64,000 nucleotides of DNA, from the IMG/VR virus record IMGVR_UViG_3300007522_000367, positions 23,059 to 87,058 of that record. One strand, written 5' to 3'. Positions within the stretch are counted from its first letter, which is position 1; each line of letters opens with the position of its first letter. The notes beneath the pieces were generated by a model, which searched no databases, was not told the DNA's origin, and was given only the letters and a program-made list of their open reading frames with translations. A program made the position numbers and the translations under genes. Below, piece after piece: positions 8,923 to 17,556 of the stretch. Origin of the DNA: a virus.

Positions 8923-10388
8923 TACAAATTATTTTTAATATATGTTGTTATAAGTTCTTGTTTTTTTTCTCTTAACATTTTAGCAGGCAGTTTATTTCGC
9001 AATCCTTGATGCTTAGAATAATGATCATCTAAGTCTAATCCTAAGCTAGTAACGCCGCCACAACTCCATCCAGCAACTTTCTGATATTCGTCGTCCATGT
9101 TACGTAAATCTTCAGCAAGTCTTCCTGCACCAATTGCATTCATTTGATCGTTTTTCCAAACAGTCATCCAAGCATTTGTTTTACGAGCAATCGTTGTTTT
9201 TAATAAACGCTTTTCATGATGGACTTTATAACCAAATTTTTCAGGATTTCTATCAATAGGTGAATGATACTCGTGGTGTTCTTTTGAATGTATTAGCAAC
9301 GGATACCAATACCACAAATCAATGTTAGGATCTGCTACTACTCGCTCTCTACTCGCTCTAATATTTTCTTCACTTTGATGTGGAAGTCCAACAATAAGAT
9401 TAATTTGTATTTTTACTCGATCTTTGCTTTTTTGTTTCATAGAAGCAATAGCATCAAGTACTTTGTCTATATCTGCACCTTTTTGAATTGCTTGTCTAGT
9501 TTCTTTATTATAACTTTCTACACCAAAACTTGCGCCACGGAGTCCGCTTTCAATAAGTAAATCTATTTGATCGGGCCATCGCACTAATAGCTCAGGTTTA
9601 ATATAAGTGTCAAAGTTAATTTTAAAAGGTAGGCTTGTAATTACTTCATGCATTAATTCTAGTTTAACCATACTATCATTATATGTGTCATCCATGAACC
9701 AATAATTAGTTGTACCAAATTGTTCATAGTTACGCATAAACTCCGCATACATATCTTCTTTAGCACGAATATAATCAAATTTGTTTTTATTGTTTAATGG
9801 GAAATTGCAAAAGGCACAATTAAAAATACAGCCCCTTGCAATTTCCATAGGTAAACTTTGCTGTGCGGTGATGCCGTCTTCAGGCTTCCATATTACTGGA
9901 ATGTTGCTAATGTCTTTTTTATCGTAATTATGATTGCTGTCAACAATCTTTTTGCCGTTAAAATCTTTAAAGATCAAATTAGTATCTTTTCCTGCAAGGT
10001 AATTTGTAATAGCAACAGTTGCATCATCTGCGTATCCAGTAACAAATATATCAGCAAAATCTAAAAATTCAACCATTCCTTTGGCACCGCCTATAACAAA
10101 TGGAACATTAAAGCGGTTTCTCAAATTAGTGTAAAACTTATTGTTATCTTGCAATAGCTCACTAGTGTTAAAAAATGTAGTACTAAATCCTACCCAAAGC
10201 GTTTCTTTGCTTACATACTTTTCAAATGCAAGTTCGATATCTTCTTCTGTTAAACTTTGAAAATAATCAATAACTTTTACTGAATATCCTTGCTGTTCTA
10301 GTTCTGTTCTAATGCGATAAGCACCAATGGATCTAAAATAAGTAGTTGAGCCTAAGTCAATGCCTGTAAATATTATTGCATGATACAT
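8919..10388 (-). CDS. B12-binding-type radical SAM protein
   Basis: N-terminal Rossmann-like domain (GYSVKVIDY..WVGFSTTF..VIGG), EIARGCIFNCAFC, FMDDT, FGVES, LIVGLPHQ. Confidence 0.85.
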   Translation of the reverse strand: MYHAIIFTGIDLGSTTYFRSIGAYRIRTELEQQGYSVKVIDYFQSLTEEDIELAFEKYVSKETLWVGFSTTFFNTSELLQDNNKFYTNLRNRFNVPFVIGGAKGMVEFLDFADIFVTGYADDATVAITNYLAGKDTNLIFKDFNGKKIVDSNHNYDKKDISNIPVIWKPEDGITAQQSLPMEIARGCIFNCAFCNFPLNNKNKFDYIRAKEDMYAEFMRNYEQFGTTNYWFMDDTYNDSMVKLELMHEVITSLPFKINFDTYIKPELLVRWPDQIDLLIESGLRGASFGVESYNKETRQAIQKGADIDKVLDAIASMKQKSKDRVKIQINLIVGLPHQSEENIRASRERVVADPNIDLWYWYPLLIHSKEHHEYHSPIDRNPEKFGYKVHHEKRLLKTTIARKTNAWMTVWKNDQMNAIGAGRLAEDLRNMDDEYQKVAGWSCGGVTSLGLDLDDHYSKHQGLRNKLPAKMLREKKQELITTYIKNNLY

Positions 10389-11141
10389 TTATAGTTTTAC
10401 CAGCTTGATTACCCATGCACTAGGATCAAGCTCCCACCAACGATGTTGAAAATTCCAGCGACCGGGTTTTGCGTGATGATTGTTATGCCATCCTTCTCCC
10501 CAAGTAATTACTGCTAGCCACCATGTGTTTCGACTATCTTCTTTTGTTACAAAGTTTTTGTATCCCCACATATGATTACCATAGTTACTTAGTACACTTG
10601 CCCATATTTGTATTCCCATAGGAATAATTCCGCCAAATATTAACACATTAACTCCGCCTAACACAAACAATACTGCACACCATATTAATAATATCAAGTA
10701 ATAATAGTTATGCAACACCAAATGGAACCTGTCTGTAATTAATCTACGCACTGCCCATTTGTTCATTTCAAAATTGTACTTGGGTATTAGTACATTCCAT
10801 AGTCCTAGGTGAGGACCGTGCGGATCACCTTCTTTGTCGCTGTGCGTATGATGCTGATTATGCACTGCGACCCATCCGATACTACTTCCAGTGCCGCCGA
10901 TTGCTCCAAAGAATGTAAACAAATACTCCATCCATTTATAACAAAACTTAAAACTGTTATGTGTAAGGTAGCGATGAAATGTTATTGTGATCCCTAAACA
11001 CCCTGTTAAGAAATATACGGCCAAACTAAGTAACCACCAGTGTGTAGATGGGGCAAAAAATACCATATACTCAATCATTGCTGTTGCAACTGCTTGAATG
11101 TATGGAAAATACGACGTGTTTGCTCTAAATAAGTTCTTCAT
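10389..11141 (-). CDS. membrane fatty-acid desaturase (delta-9/DesC-like), second copy
   Basis: HRYLTH, HNQHHTHSD..GDPH, WGEGWHNNHH, WWELDP. Confidence 0.9.
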   Translation of the reverse strand: MKNLFRANTSYFPYIQAVATAMIEYMVFFAPSTHWWLLSLAVYFLTGCLGITITFHRYLTHNSFKFCYKWMEYLFTFFGAIGGTGSSIGWVAVHNQHHTHSDKEGDPHGPHLGLWNVLIPKYNFEMNKWAVRRLITDRFHLVLHNYYYLILLIWCAVLFVLGGVNVLIFGGIIPMGIQIWASVLSNYGNHMWGYKNFVTKEDSRNTWWLAVITWGEGWHNNHHAKPGRWNFQHRWWELDPSAWVIKLVKL

Positions 11142-11144
11142 ACT

Positions 11145-11996
11145 CTATTTATCAACCTCTATATTGCCTATAAATTCTTTTGATAATATATCACCGTCTA
11201 ACAACATGTCGAACGGATGTTTTTTTCCAAAAAACTCATTTTTCACCCAAGCATTTTCTTCAGGAATATAATCTAACCAAGGACTACATCCTATTATTAA
11301 ATTTGTTCTTGTATTTTCTGTGCGATCATTTGCAAATACTCTATGTGCAATATTAGTGTCCCAACTGTATATATTTCCTAACTCAAGATTATAAGGTTGT
11401 ACATTATCCATTTCAAAGTAAAATTCTTTACTTGTAGTAATAGGAATATTAAGTCTTAAGTTTACAAATATTTCTTCATCTCTGTGCCAACCAGCCTTAG
11501 GATCGTTAGGTTGCTCACTTGCTATAATAGTGCTTATCCTGCTTCTTACTACTGTACGCTTAATATTTGATAAGAATTTACCAAGTTCGCCTTCTAAACT
11601 ACATGCAGTTGGTTTTATAAATCCGTAGGTGTCGTAATAACTGTCTTTTAAGTAAGAATAATTGTGAGTTTGATTATAAAAGAACTCACCTGGAATATTC
11701 TTCGGAGTGCCAACACTACTATAATTTTCATCCAAGTTATCTTGATGGTTAGGATTGTATCGCAAGCTAAGACTTTTATAATAACTTGTATTTTGAGTTT
11801 TAGTTTGCCAACCTATTGGCTTGTATTTTTCTAATACATCTGCAACAGATAGTTGTAATGATTCTAAATTATAGTTTAATTTTACACTAACATTTTTTAC
11901 GTCAGTATTTATTAAATTGCTGTTCATTCTTGTAACTCTGTACAACCATTCATGTACTGTAGAACTGTCGGGACACAATGACACTGGATATATCAT
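11145..11996 (-). CDS. 2OG-Fe(II) oxygenase (Asp/Asn beta-hydroxylase-like)
   Basis: VRSRI...WHRDE..RLNIPITT...WDTNIAHRV...RTNLII. Confidence 0.75.
   Translation of the reverse strand: MIYPVSLCPDSSTVHEWLYRVTRMNSNLINTDVKNVSVKLNYNLESLQLSVADVLEKYKPIGWQTKTQNTSYYKSLSLRYNPNHQDNLDENYSSVGTPKNIPGEFFYNQTHNYSYLKDSYYDTYGFIKPTACSLEGELGKFLSNIKRTVVRSRISTIIASEQPNDPKAGWHRDEEIFVNLRLNIPITTSKEFYFEMDNVQPYNLELGNIYSWDTNIAHRVFANDRTENTRTNLIIGCSPWLDYIPEENAWVKNEFFGKKHPFDMLLDGDILSKEFIGNIEVDK
11146..11152 (-). promoter_or_regulatory. putative late promoter ATAAATA, 4 nt before ATG
   Basis: ATAAATA-gagt-ATG(11141). Confidence 0.5.
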
Positions 11997-12568
11997 TGTT
12001 TGCTCCGCTTATATAATGCTATATCGAGTTCTGCAACTAGTTGTCTAGTGTATTGTATTTCTTTAGGCTCGTCGTACCATTTTAAATTTTGGTAAATTTC
12101 TCTCGGGCCGCCAAATGTGCTTGCACGACCTTGGCTCATGCGTTTTAGAAAATTTACAAGTTTATGATTGTATGTATTAAACGTTAGCCATACTTTACTA
12201 TACCCTTGATTTTCTGCCCAGTCTATTTGCTTAGGGAATATAGTCCTTGCCTGGCACCAATGGCCACCACCGCGATAGTCAGGGTGTGTAAAGGCACGTA
12301 CTCCTATAATAGGAATATCATTGTATACATATGCTCCGCTCATTGCAATCGGTCTATCTTTGTCACTGACAATATTAAATATTTCAAATCGTTTTTTAAT
12401 ATAAAATAAACGTAACAACGTGTGCGGTTTATTTTGCCAATCACTTATGTCATAATTGGCGTAAGCAGGTTCCTGCAGGTAATAAGCATCCTCACAAAGT
12501 TTTATTAGTTTGATATGCTGTTCTTCTGTAATAGTATCAGGTGTAAAAGTATCAACGTAATAGTTCAT
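11993..12568 (-). CDS. GNAT-family N-acyltransferase
   Basis: RAFTHPDYRGGG motif A; start moved to ATG 12568 with AGGAG RBS. Confidence 0.75.
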   Translation of the reverse strand: MNYYVDTFTPDTITEEQHIKLIKLCEDAYYLQEPAYANYDISDWQNKPHTLLRLFYIKKRFEIFNIVSDKDRPIAMSGAYVYNDIPIIGVRAFTHPDYRGGGHWCQARTIFPKQIDWAENQGYSKVWLTFNTYNHKLVNFLKRMSQGRASTFGGPREIYQNLKWYDEPKEIQYTRQLVAELDIALYKRSKQ

Positions 12569-12645
12569 TTTTTGCACTCCTATAGTCATTAATGGTCTGC
12601 ATTTGTTAATCGCGGCCAAGGTAGTTCTACAAAATATTCAGGCAT
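12552..12645 (-). pseudogene. probable internally deleted gene remnant
   Basis: MPEYFVELPWPRLTNADH* starts in an ATGCCTGA overlap with the upstream stop; out-of-frame tail TINDYRSAKNELLR* overlaps the GNAT start. Confidence 0.45.
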
Positions 12646-13219
12646 ATTTTTTCATACCTTCGTATGTAACTGGTTCTTTTCCTCTAATATGTACCGTATA
12701 CCTAAAATCGCATACAGTTTCTTTCCATTTATAATGCCAAGAAGGGTCTGTAGGCACCATAAAGGCTTGACCTTTTGGAACTAATTTATGATACTCATCA
12801 TTTAGCGTATCATATGCTTCTAGGGGAGATTCAACAAATCCTCCTTGGATAGGAACTATAATGTCATATGTTCTAACGATACCGTTTGGACCATCTATTT
12901 CTGGATGTTGCATCAATGGACGCCATTCTGACTGGTATCCATTTCTACTACGTTTTATGTTTAATGTATACCATAACTTTTTAGGTCCTAACGAAAGCCC
13001 TTCGACAAGGTCCTTTATAGCATCACACTGTAATAGATCATAATCATTTTGTAACAGTGTCCAAAAACACCAGGCATCTTTTCTATTAGGATTTATCTCT
13101 TTAGTAGTATATTCTTGAAACCCTTGCCCTCGCCAATATTCTTCAGGCACAGACTCAATAAACTCTTTGATAGATTCTGCTTGTATTTTAATTTTAGGAA
13201 AATAATAAAACGGATACAT
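12638..13219 (-). CDS. divergent 2OG-Fe(II)/cupin-like oxygenase (HxE)
   Basis: QHPE...YDIIVPI...WHYKW...FRYTVHIR; start moved to ATG 13219 (TAATG overlap, AGGAG RBS). Confidence 0.55.
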   Translation of the reverse strand: MYPFYYFPKIKIQAESIKEFIESVPEEYWRGQGFQEYTTKEINPNRKDAWCFWTLLQNDYDLLQCDAIKDLVEGLSLGPKKLWYTLNIKRSRNGYQSEWRPLMQHPEIDGPNGIVRTYDIIVPIQGGFVESPLEAYDTLNDEYHKLVPKGQAFMVPTDPSWHYKWKETVCDFRYTVHIRGKEPVTYEGMKKYA

Positions 13220-13713
13220 TAAAATGCTCCTACAGAAATTAATTTTTGAAACGTGTAAGGATACTTGCATTGTAGCATAAAAGCACTTCTCCATCCATCT
13301 GTATTATTTTCATAACCATGCATAACACTACAATCAAACGCTGTAGGACAGTCTGTAAGAACACTGTCTGCTTTTTCTCTATCTATGTAAAAGTCCAAAG
13401 GAGTATTATAGTTATCTAAAGGAAATAGAATATTTACAGTCCTTCTAATAGTTCCTGCTGCACTATCTTCGTGTGCTCCTACTACGCTGTGTGCTTCGGT
13501 CCTTATAAAACTACACGAATAAAAAATCTTAGGCATAACAAATTGGTCTAATATATTTTTTATTAAAAGATTGTCCATGTTGAAAGCTGAATGTACTTGC
13601 TGTGGTACTTTTCTGCCTAATTCTGCATAACCATCCGAGTAATTTAGACTGTTTGCAACATCTAATAAATCTTGTCTTGCATAATTTATATTTTCTAATT
13701 TTTTATAAATCAT
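13219..13713 (-). CDS. 2OG-Fe(II) oxygenase-like
   Basis: AHED...RTVNILFPL...MHGYEN...WRSAFML. Confidence 0.7.
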   Translation of the reverse strand: MIYKKLENINYARQDLLDVANSLNYSDGYAELGRKVPQQVHSAFNMDNLLIKNILDQFVMPKIFYSCSFIRTEAHSVVGAHEDSAAGTIRRTVNILFPLDNYNTPLDFYIDREKADSVLTDCPTAFDCSVMHGYENNTDGWRSAFMLQCKYPYTFQKLISVGAF

Positions 13714-14447
13714 TAGCTTTCCCCAGCGTCTAACACATCTAATATGCGTAATACATTATCGTAAGTCTTTGGAATATTCATTACCAAATGTATACTATCT
13801 TGTGTATAACTATGTGTACGATGTGTTTTACGTGTATCAATGTAATATGCCCGGCCTTCGTCTATTTGTCTAATACGATGATCATGCTCCCATTCATACG
13901 CTGTATGATTTGTATTTGTTAAAAATATAACTATTCTAAATGTTCTTCTTTGCAGTAATATACCGTCTCGATGTTTCGGAAACCATGCTCCTGTGTTTAG
14001 TTTAACTAAACTGCAACGACCTAACTTAGGGAAATAGTCTACAATATGCTGTAAACTAGGAAGGTCTTTGTATAATTGTGTAGGAGTATCAAAGTCAAGT
14101 TCAGACAATTTGCGACCTGTTCGTCTCATTGCTTCAGGCATACTTAAACTATCTGTAGGAGTATCACCAGGCAGGCCTACTAAATTTAAACCTTGTCTAT
14201 CATTTAGCAATCCTTCTCTATGCAAATAAGGTATCCACATATTATCATACTGTTTAATCTCTTTTCTAAACTCGTTTAGATCAACTTTAAACTTCAATGG
14301 AACAAAATCACCAATAGCATCTAGCTGCAATTCGCATGCAATGTCCATAATTTTAGGGTTTGTAATAACTCCATCATTGTATAATTGAGTATAGTTTACT
14401 TTTAGTTTTGCTTGCTCTTCAGCAGTAACAATATGACTATTATCCAT
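13713..14447 (-). CDS. 2OG-Fe(II) oxygenase (Asp/Asn beta-hydroxylase-like)
   Basis: GRCSLVKL..G.WFPKHRD...GRAYYIDTRKTHRT. Confidence 0.72.
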   Translation of the reverse strand: MDNSHIVTAEEQAKLKVNYTQLYNDGVITNPKIMDIACELQLDAIGDFVPLKFKVDLNEFRKEIKQYDNMWIPYLHREGLLNDRQGLNLVGLPGDTPTDSLSMPEAMRRTGRKLSELDFDTPTQLYKDLPSLQHIVDYFPKLGRCSLVKLNTGAWFPKHRDGILLQRRTFRIVIFLTNTNHTAYEWEHDHRIRQIDEGRAYYIDTRKTHRTHSYTQDSIHLVMNIPKTYDNVLRILDVLDAGES

Positions 14448-15141
14448 TATAAATCTCCGTAAAAATACTTAGTCCAATTTTTTGTTTTATTCCAGCGGCC
14501 TTGAAATTACTAGAACAGTGAATTCTTAAACTATCAAATGCTATTATCGATCCAATAGTCCAAGGAAAATAAGAATGTACGCTAAGACATTCAAGCCATG
14601 TAGATTTTAAATGGCCAAGCATTTTAGTTTTTATATTTTTAGGAATACCGGTGTCAACTAAATTTTCAACATCAGTATATTCATAAAGGTGCTTATTGTA
14701 AAAAATAACTTCTTTATCAAATACTTCATCTTTAAAAAACTTTACAGGGCCGCCGTAATAGAATTGATCAAACATAACTAGTTTAATCTTATTGCAGTCA
14801 CCGCTTTCTACCCATAACGGAATAGTAAATGCTTTGTAGGTGTTTGGATAATCGTAACTATCATCTATGTGCAGTATGTGAGGAGTATCTACATCAAAAA
14901 AATGGCAAGCCCGAACTTTAAAGTTGCCAAATTGTTTACGCAAAGGAATTAGTATGTCGTCAATTATACCCGTTCCTTCTTTTACATAAACTACTTTTGG
15001 ACCTGTGTTTTTTTCTATTTTGTCTTGACTGTGATAGTAGTCTAATAGAAATTTAATCTTAGTTTTATCCAATGCGTTAACTATTTGCACAGGATCAGAA
15101 TGTGTTTTTTTAATTTCTTCTATTTGTGTACTACTACGCAT
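14440..15141 (-). CDS. 2OG-Fe(II)-like oxygenase, paralog of 18727..19605
   Basis: LHIDD..FTIPLW..MFDQ...FDSLRIHCS..KIGLSIF; start moved to ATG 15141. Confidence 0.62.
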   Translation of the reverse strand: MRSSTQIEEIKKTHSDPVQIVNALDKTKIKFLLDYYHSQDKIEKNTGPKVVYVKEGTGIIDDILIPLRKQFGNFKVRACHFFDVDTPHILHIDDSYDYPNTYKAFTIPLWVESGDCNKIKLVMFDQFYYGGPVKFFKDEVFDKEVIFYNKHLYEYTDVENLVDTGIPKNIKTKMLGHLKSTWLECLSVHSYFPWTIGSIIAFDSLRIHCSSNFKAAGIKQKIGLSIFTEIYNG

Positions 15142-16249
15142 GTTTTCTCTTAGGTATCTTACTATCAGCACTTGATACACAACTCTTAGTAATACACGTC
15201 TTAGGTGTCTTAAACAGTGTAAAACCTGTTTCGATGTTACCAAGGGGTGCGTCGTGACAACTATAGCTTCTTTTTACACTACCGTCTGGCTCCCGTATTA
15301 TAATGCCACTGTAACCGGCATTGCAAGCCCATCCTTCAAAATTGTTGAAATTAAAGGCATTAAAGCGTTCTGCTTGGTCCATGTACCACGTTTCGCCTTT
15401 TGAGTCTTTTAATTCTACTTGCATATGCCACGGAACGCTGGCATCATTCTTGCCCATAATATCTCTAGGCACTTGAAAGTTTGGTTTAGGTCGACATTCC
15501 CACTTACGCTTGCTTTCTGTGTACGCACGTTGCGGCATACCGTTGTGTAAACGCTTTAGATTGTCTGCTGTATACCCATCTACTACTCGGCTTGCTGTAG
15601 GGTCGCTTTGAGGCTTTAGCGTTACGTTTATACCTTGTTCGTGAAAAAACAATGCGTTCTCCCAATCACGTTCAAACCAATCCGGCACCATAACCATGTT
15701 GATTGTAACTTGTACATCATGCTCTTGACAGAAGATTAGCTTGTCGGCAAAGTCCTGCATCTTCTCAATACTGTTTACGTGCTCTGTATGCAAACTTGCA
15801 GTTATACTAGCACGATGAAACGGCTTAACTGCTTCTACATATTCTTCATGCCACTTCATATTACGTGACATGTTTGTTGTCATGTGTACACTAGTATAAT
15901 TAGTGTTATTAACGTCATTAGCAAGATGAGAAAGAATATCAAGATACCCAGGGTGGAATGTTGGCTCACCACCACTAAGACTAAAGTGAAAACTGTTAAA
16001 ACCGTTATCACGTGCCTGTCTTTTTATTTCGTCAATTGTTTTGAGACATAGCTCGGTAGGCCTGTGGTCTTTTTTATCGCTTCTTGCATAAGGCCAGCAG
16101 TAGCTACACTTGTAGTTACAAAATCGTCCAAGTAACCAGCTGACCGTGAAGAGGTCTCGATATAAGAGAGTTCGTTGACCCACACTGACGATATCGTCGA
16201 ATGGTATCTTAGTGAAGTCATAATTACTCCATTTTAAATCTTCAGTCAT
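15134..16249 (-). CDS. radical SAM protein with C-terminal Twitch/SPASM-like Cys domain
   Basis: CNYKCSYC, SGGEPT; C-terminal CNAG..PDGSVKRSYSC..LGNI..CITKSC. Confidence 0.88.
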   Translation of the reverse strand: MTEDLKWSNYDFTKIPFDDIVSVGQRTLLYRDLFTVSWLLGRFCNYKCSYCWPYARSDKKDHRPTELCLKTIDEIKRQARDNGFNSFHFSLSGGEPTFHPGYLDILSHLANDVNNTNYTSVHMTTNMSRNMKWHEEYVEAVKPFHRASITASLHTEHVNSIEKMQDFADKLIFCQEHDVQVTINMVMVPDWFERDWENALFFHEQGINVTLKPQSDPTASRVVDGYTADNLKRLHNGMPQRAYTESKRKWECRPKPNFQVPRDIMGKNDASVPWHMQVELKDSKGETWYMDQAERFNAFNFNNFEGWACNAGYSGIIIREPDGSVKRSYSCHDAPLGNIETGFTLFKTPKTCITKSCVSSADSKIPKRKHA

Positions 16250-16255
16250 ATTTTT

Positions 16256-16284
16256 ATTATACTACATTTTTTAAGTTTAGTCAA
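16256..16284 (-). promoter_or_regulatory. sigma70 promoter, predicted leaderless mRNA
   Basis: TTGACT (16284-16279), 17-nt spacer, TATAAT (16261-16256), 6 nt, ATG 16249. Confidence 0.75.
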
Positions 16285-16406
16285 GATATTTTGCTAAGTT
16301 AGGAATATAATTATTAATTCTAATATTTTGAGCAGTATCTGTTTTTTTAATATATTCTTTCAACTGTTATACATGCATGATTTTCTAAAAAATAACACTT
16401 AGGCAT
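16277..16406 (-). pseudogene. internally deleted Twitch radical SAM gene remnant
   Basis: AGGAG RBS plus MPKCYFLENHACITV (cf. FCALPWMHLAT, VCPAVWDHLCV), joined out of frame to LKEYIKKTDTAQNIRINNYIPNLAKYLD* (cf. paralog C-termini D..R....F..PE.K). Confidence 0.65.
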
Positions 16407-17556
16407 CTTTAAACTCCTGTACAAGATCAAATAAGTTTTCACCTCTGCTTGCATCTAGCGCAGCAGTGTACGACAAGAACTTATCGTACTTAGCGGTCCA
16501 ATCCTCAGCATACATATAATCAATAATACCTTGCACTTTATCTAAATGCAAGTAAGGTTGCAACTGTGCAGCGGCTTGATCTTTTAAATGTTTAGGTAAT
16601 ACTCTAATGTTTAATTCTTCTGGATGATTGAGAATGTTGAAGTATATTCTATGTCCATACGGATTAGCCCAGTCTATTAGTTCAGGCAGTCTTAGTATAT
16701 TGTACATTTGTACTGTGCAGTGTATTTCAATGCCTGCGTTAGGCAGTTGCCTAACCTTTTCAAAGTTCTTTACAATCGTATCCCATTTACTAGGATGTCT
16801 AATATAATGATCTAATGCACCTGTTGCATCTATTGAACAATTAAGTTGTACTCGCTTAAAGTGAATCCATCGTTCAAGTAACCAAGGCGGTAGTTTAACT
16901 AGATTAGTATTGTACTTTAGACGTATATCCTTTGCAGTACCGTTGTCAATAAAGTAATCTAATAATTTCTGCTGTTCTTTAATAACTGTAGGTTCGCCGC
17001 CAGTTAAGTATATTTCGTCAACAGTGTGTGCAATACTAAACAAGTTTTCCCAAGTCTTTTCGTGCTCCGGCCAGTCCATACTACTAAGTCGCTTGTATTC
17101 GCTTTCACTTAGTGCAGTTTCAACTAGGTTCCATTCTTTAACCCACATGTTACTTGCATACGGATTACACATGCGACATTTTAAATTACACAAGTTTCCT
17201 AACCGTAGGTCAACATACTTTATGTTAAAGGGAGCATCAACAGTGTACTCTTTCTCTTCTTTCCACTTGTTGTTCCAACTTTGTCTAGCACTTTTAATGC
17301 CAACATCTTCTTCTCTAAAACAACGTGTACACATTTCAGGACGTTCGCCAGCAAGTAACTGCTTACGAATAGTAGTATATACTTCACTATTCCATGCTTC
17401 TTGTAAGTCGTCTCGTTGTAGTTTATAAGGGGTGCCGTCTTTTTTAGTGATAAAGTTTTTACCCGGAGTGCTGTTGCAGCACACACGAAGATTGCCGCTT
17501 GCATTAGTAGCAAGATGCATCCACGGTAATGCGCAGAATGTTTTAGATTGAGTCAT
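16399..17556 (-). CDS. N-terminal Twitch/SPASM-domain radical SAM protein
   Basis: FCALPWMH..RVCC...EMCTRC; CNLKCRMC; TGGEP; start moved to ATG 17556. Confidence 0.9.
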   Translation of the reverse strand: MTQSKTFCALPWMHLATNASGNLRVCCNSTPGKNFITKKDGTPYKLQRDDLQEAWNSEVYTTIRKQLLAGERPEMCTRCFREEDVGIKSARQSWNNKWKEEKEYTVDAPFNIKYVDLRLGNLCNLKCRMCNPYASNMWVKEWNLVETALSESEYKRLSSMDWPEHEKTWENLFSIAHTVDEIYLTGGEPTVIKEQQKLLDYFIDNGTAKDIRLKYNTNLVKLPPWLLERWIHFKRVQLNCSIDATGALDHYIRHPSKWDTIVKNFEKVRQLPNAGIEIHCTVQMYNILRLPELIDWANPYGHRIYFNILNHPEELNIRVLPKHLKDQAAAQLQPYLHLDKVQGIIDYMYAEDWTAKYDKFLSYTAALDASRGENLFDLVQEFKDA

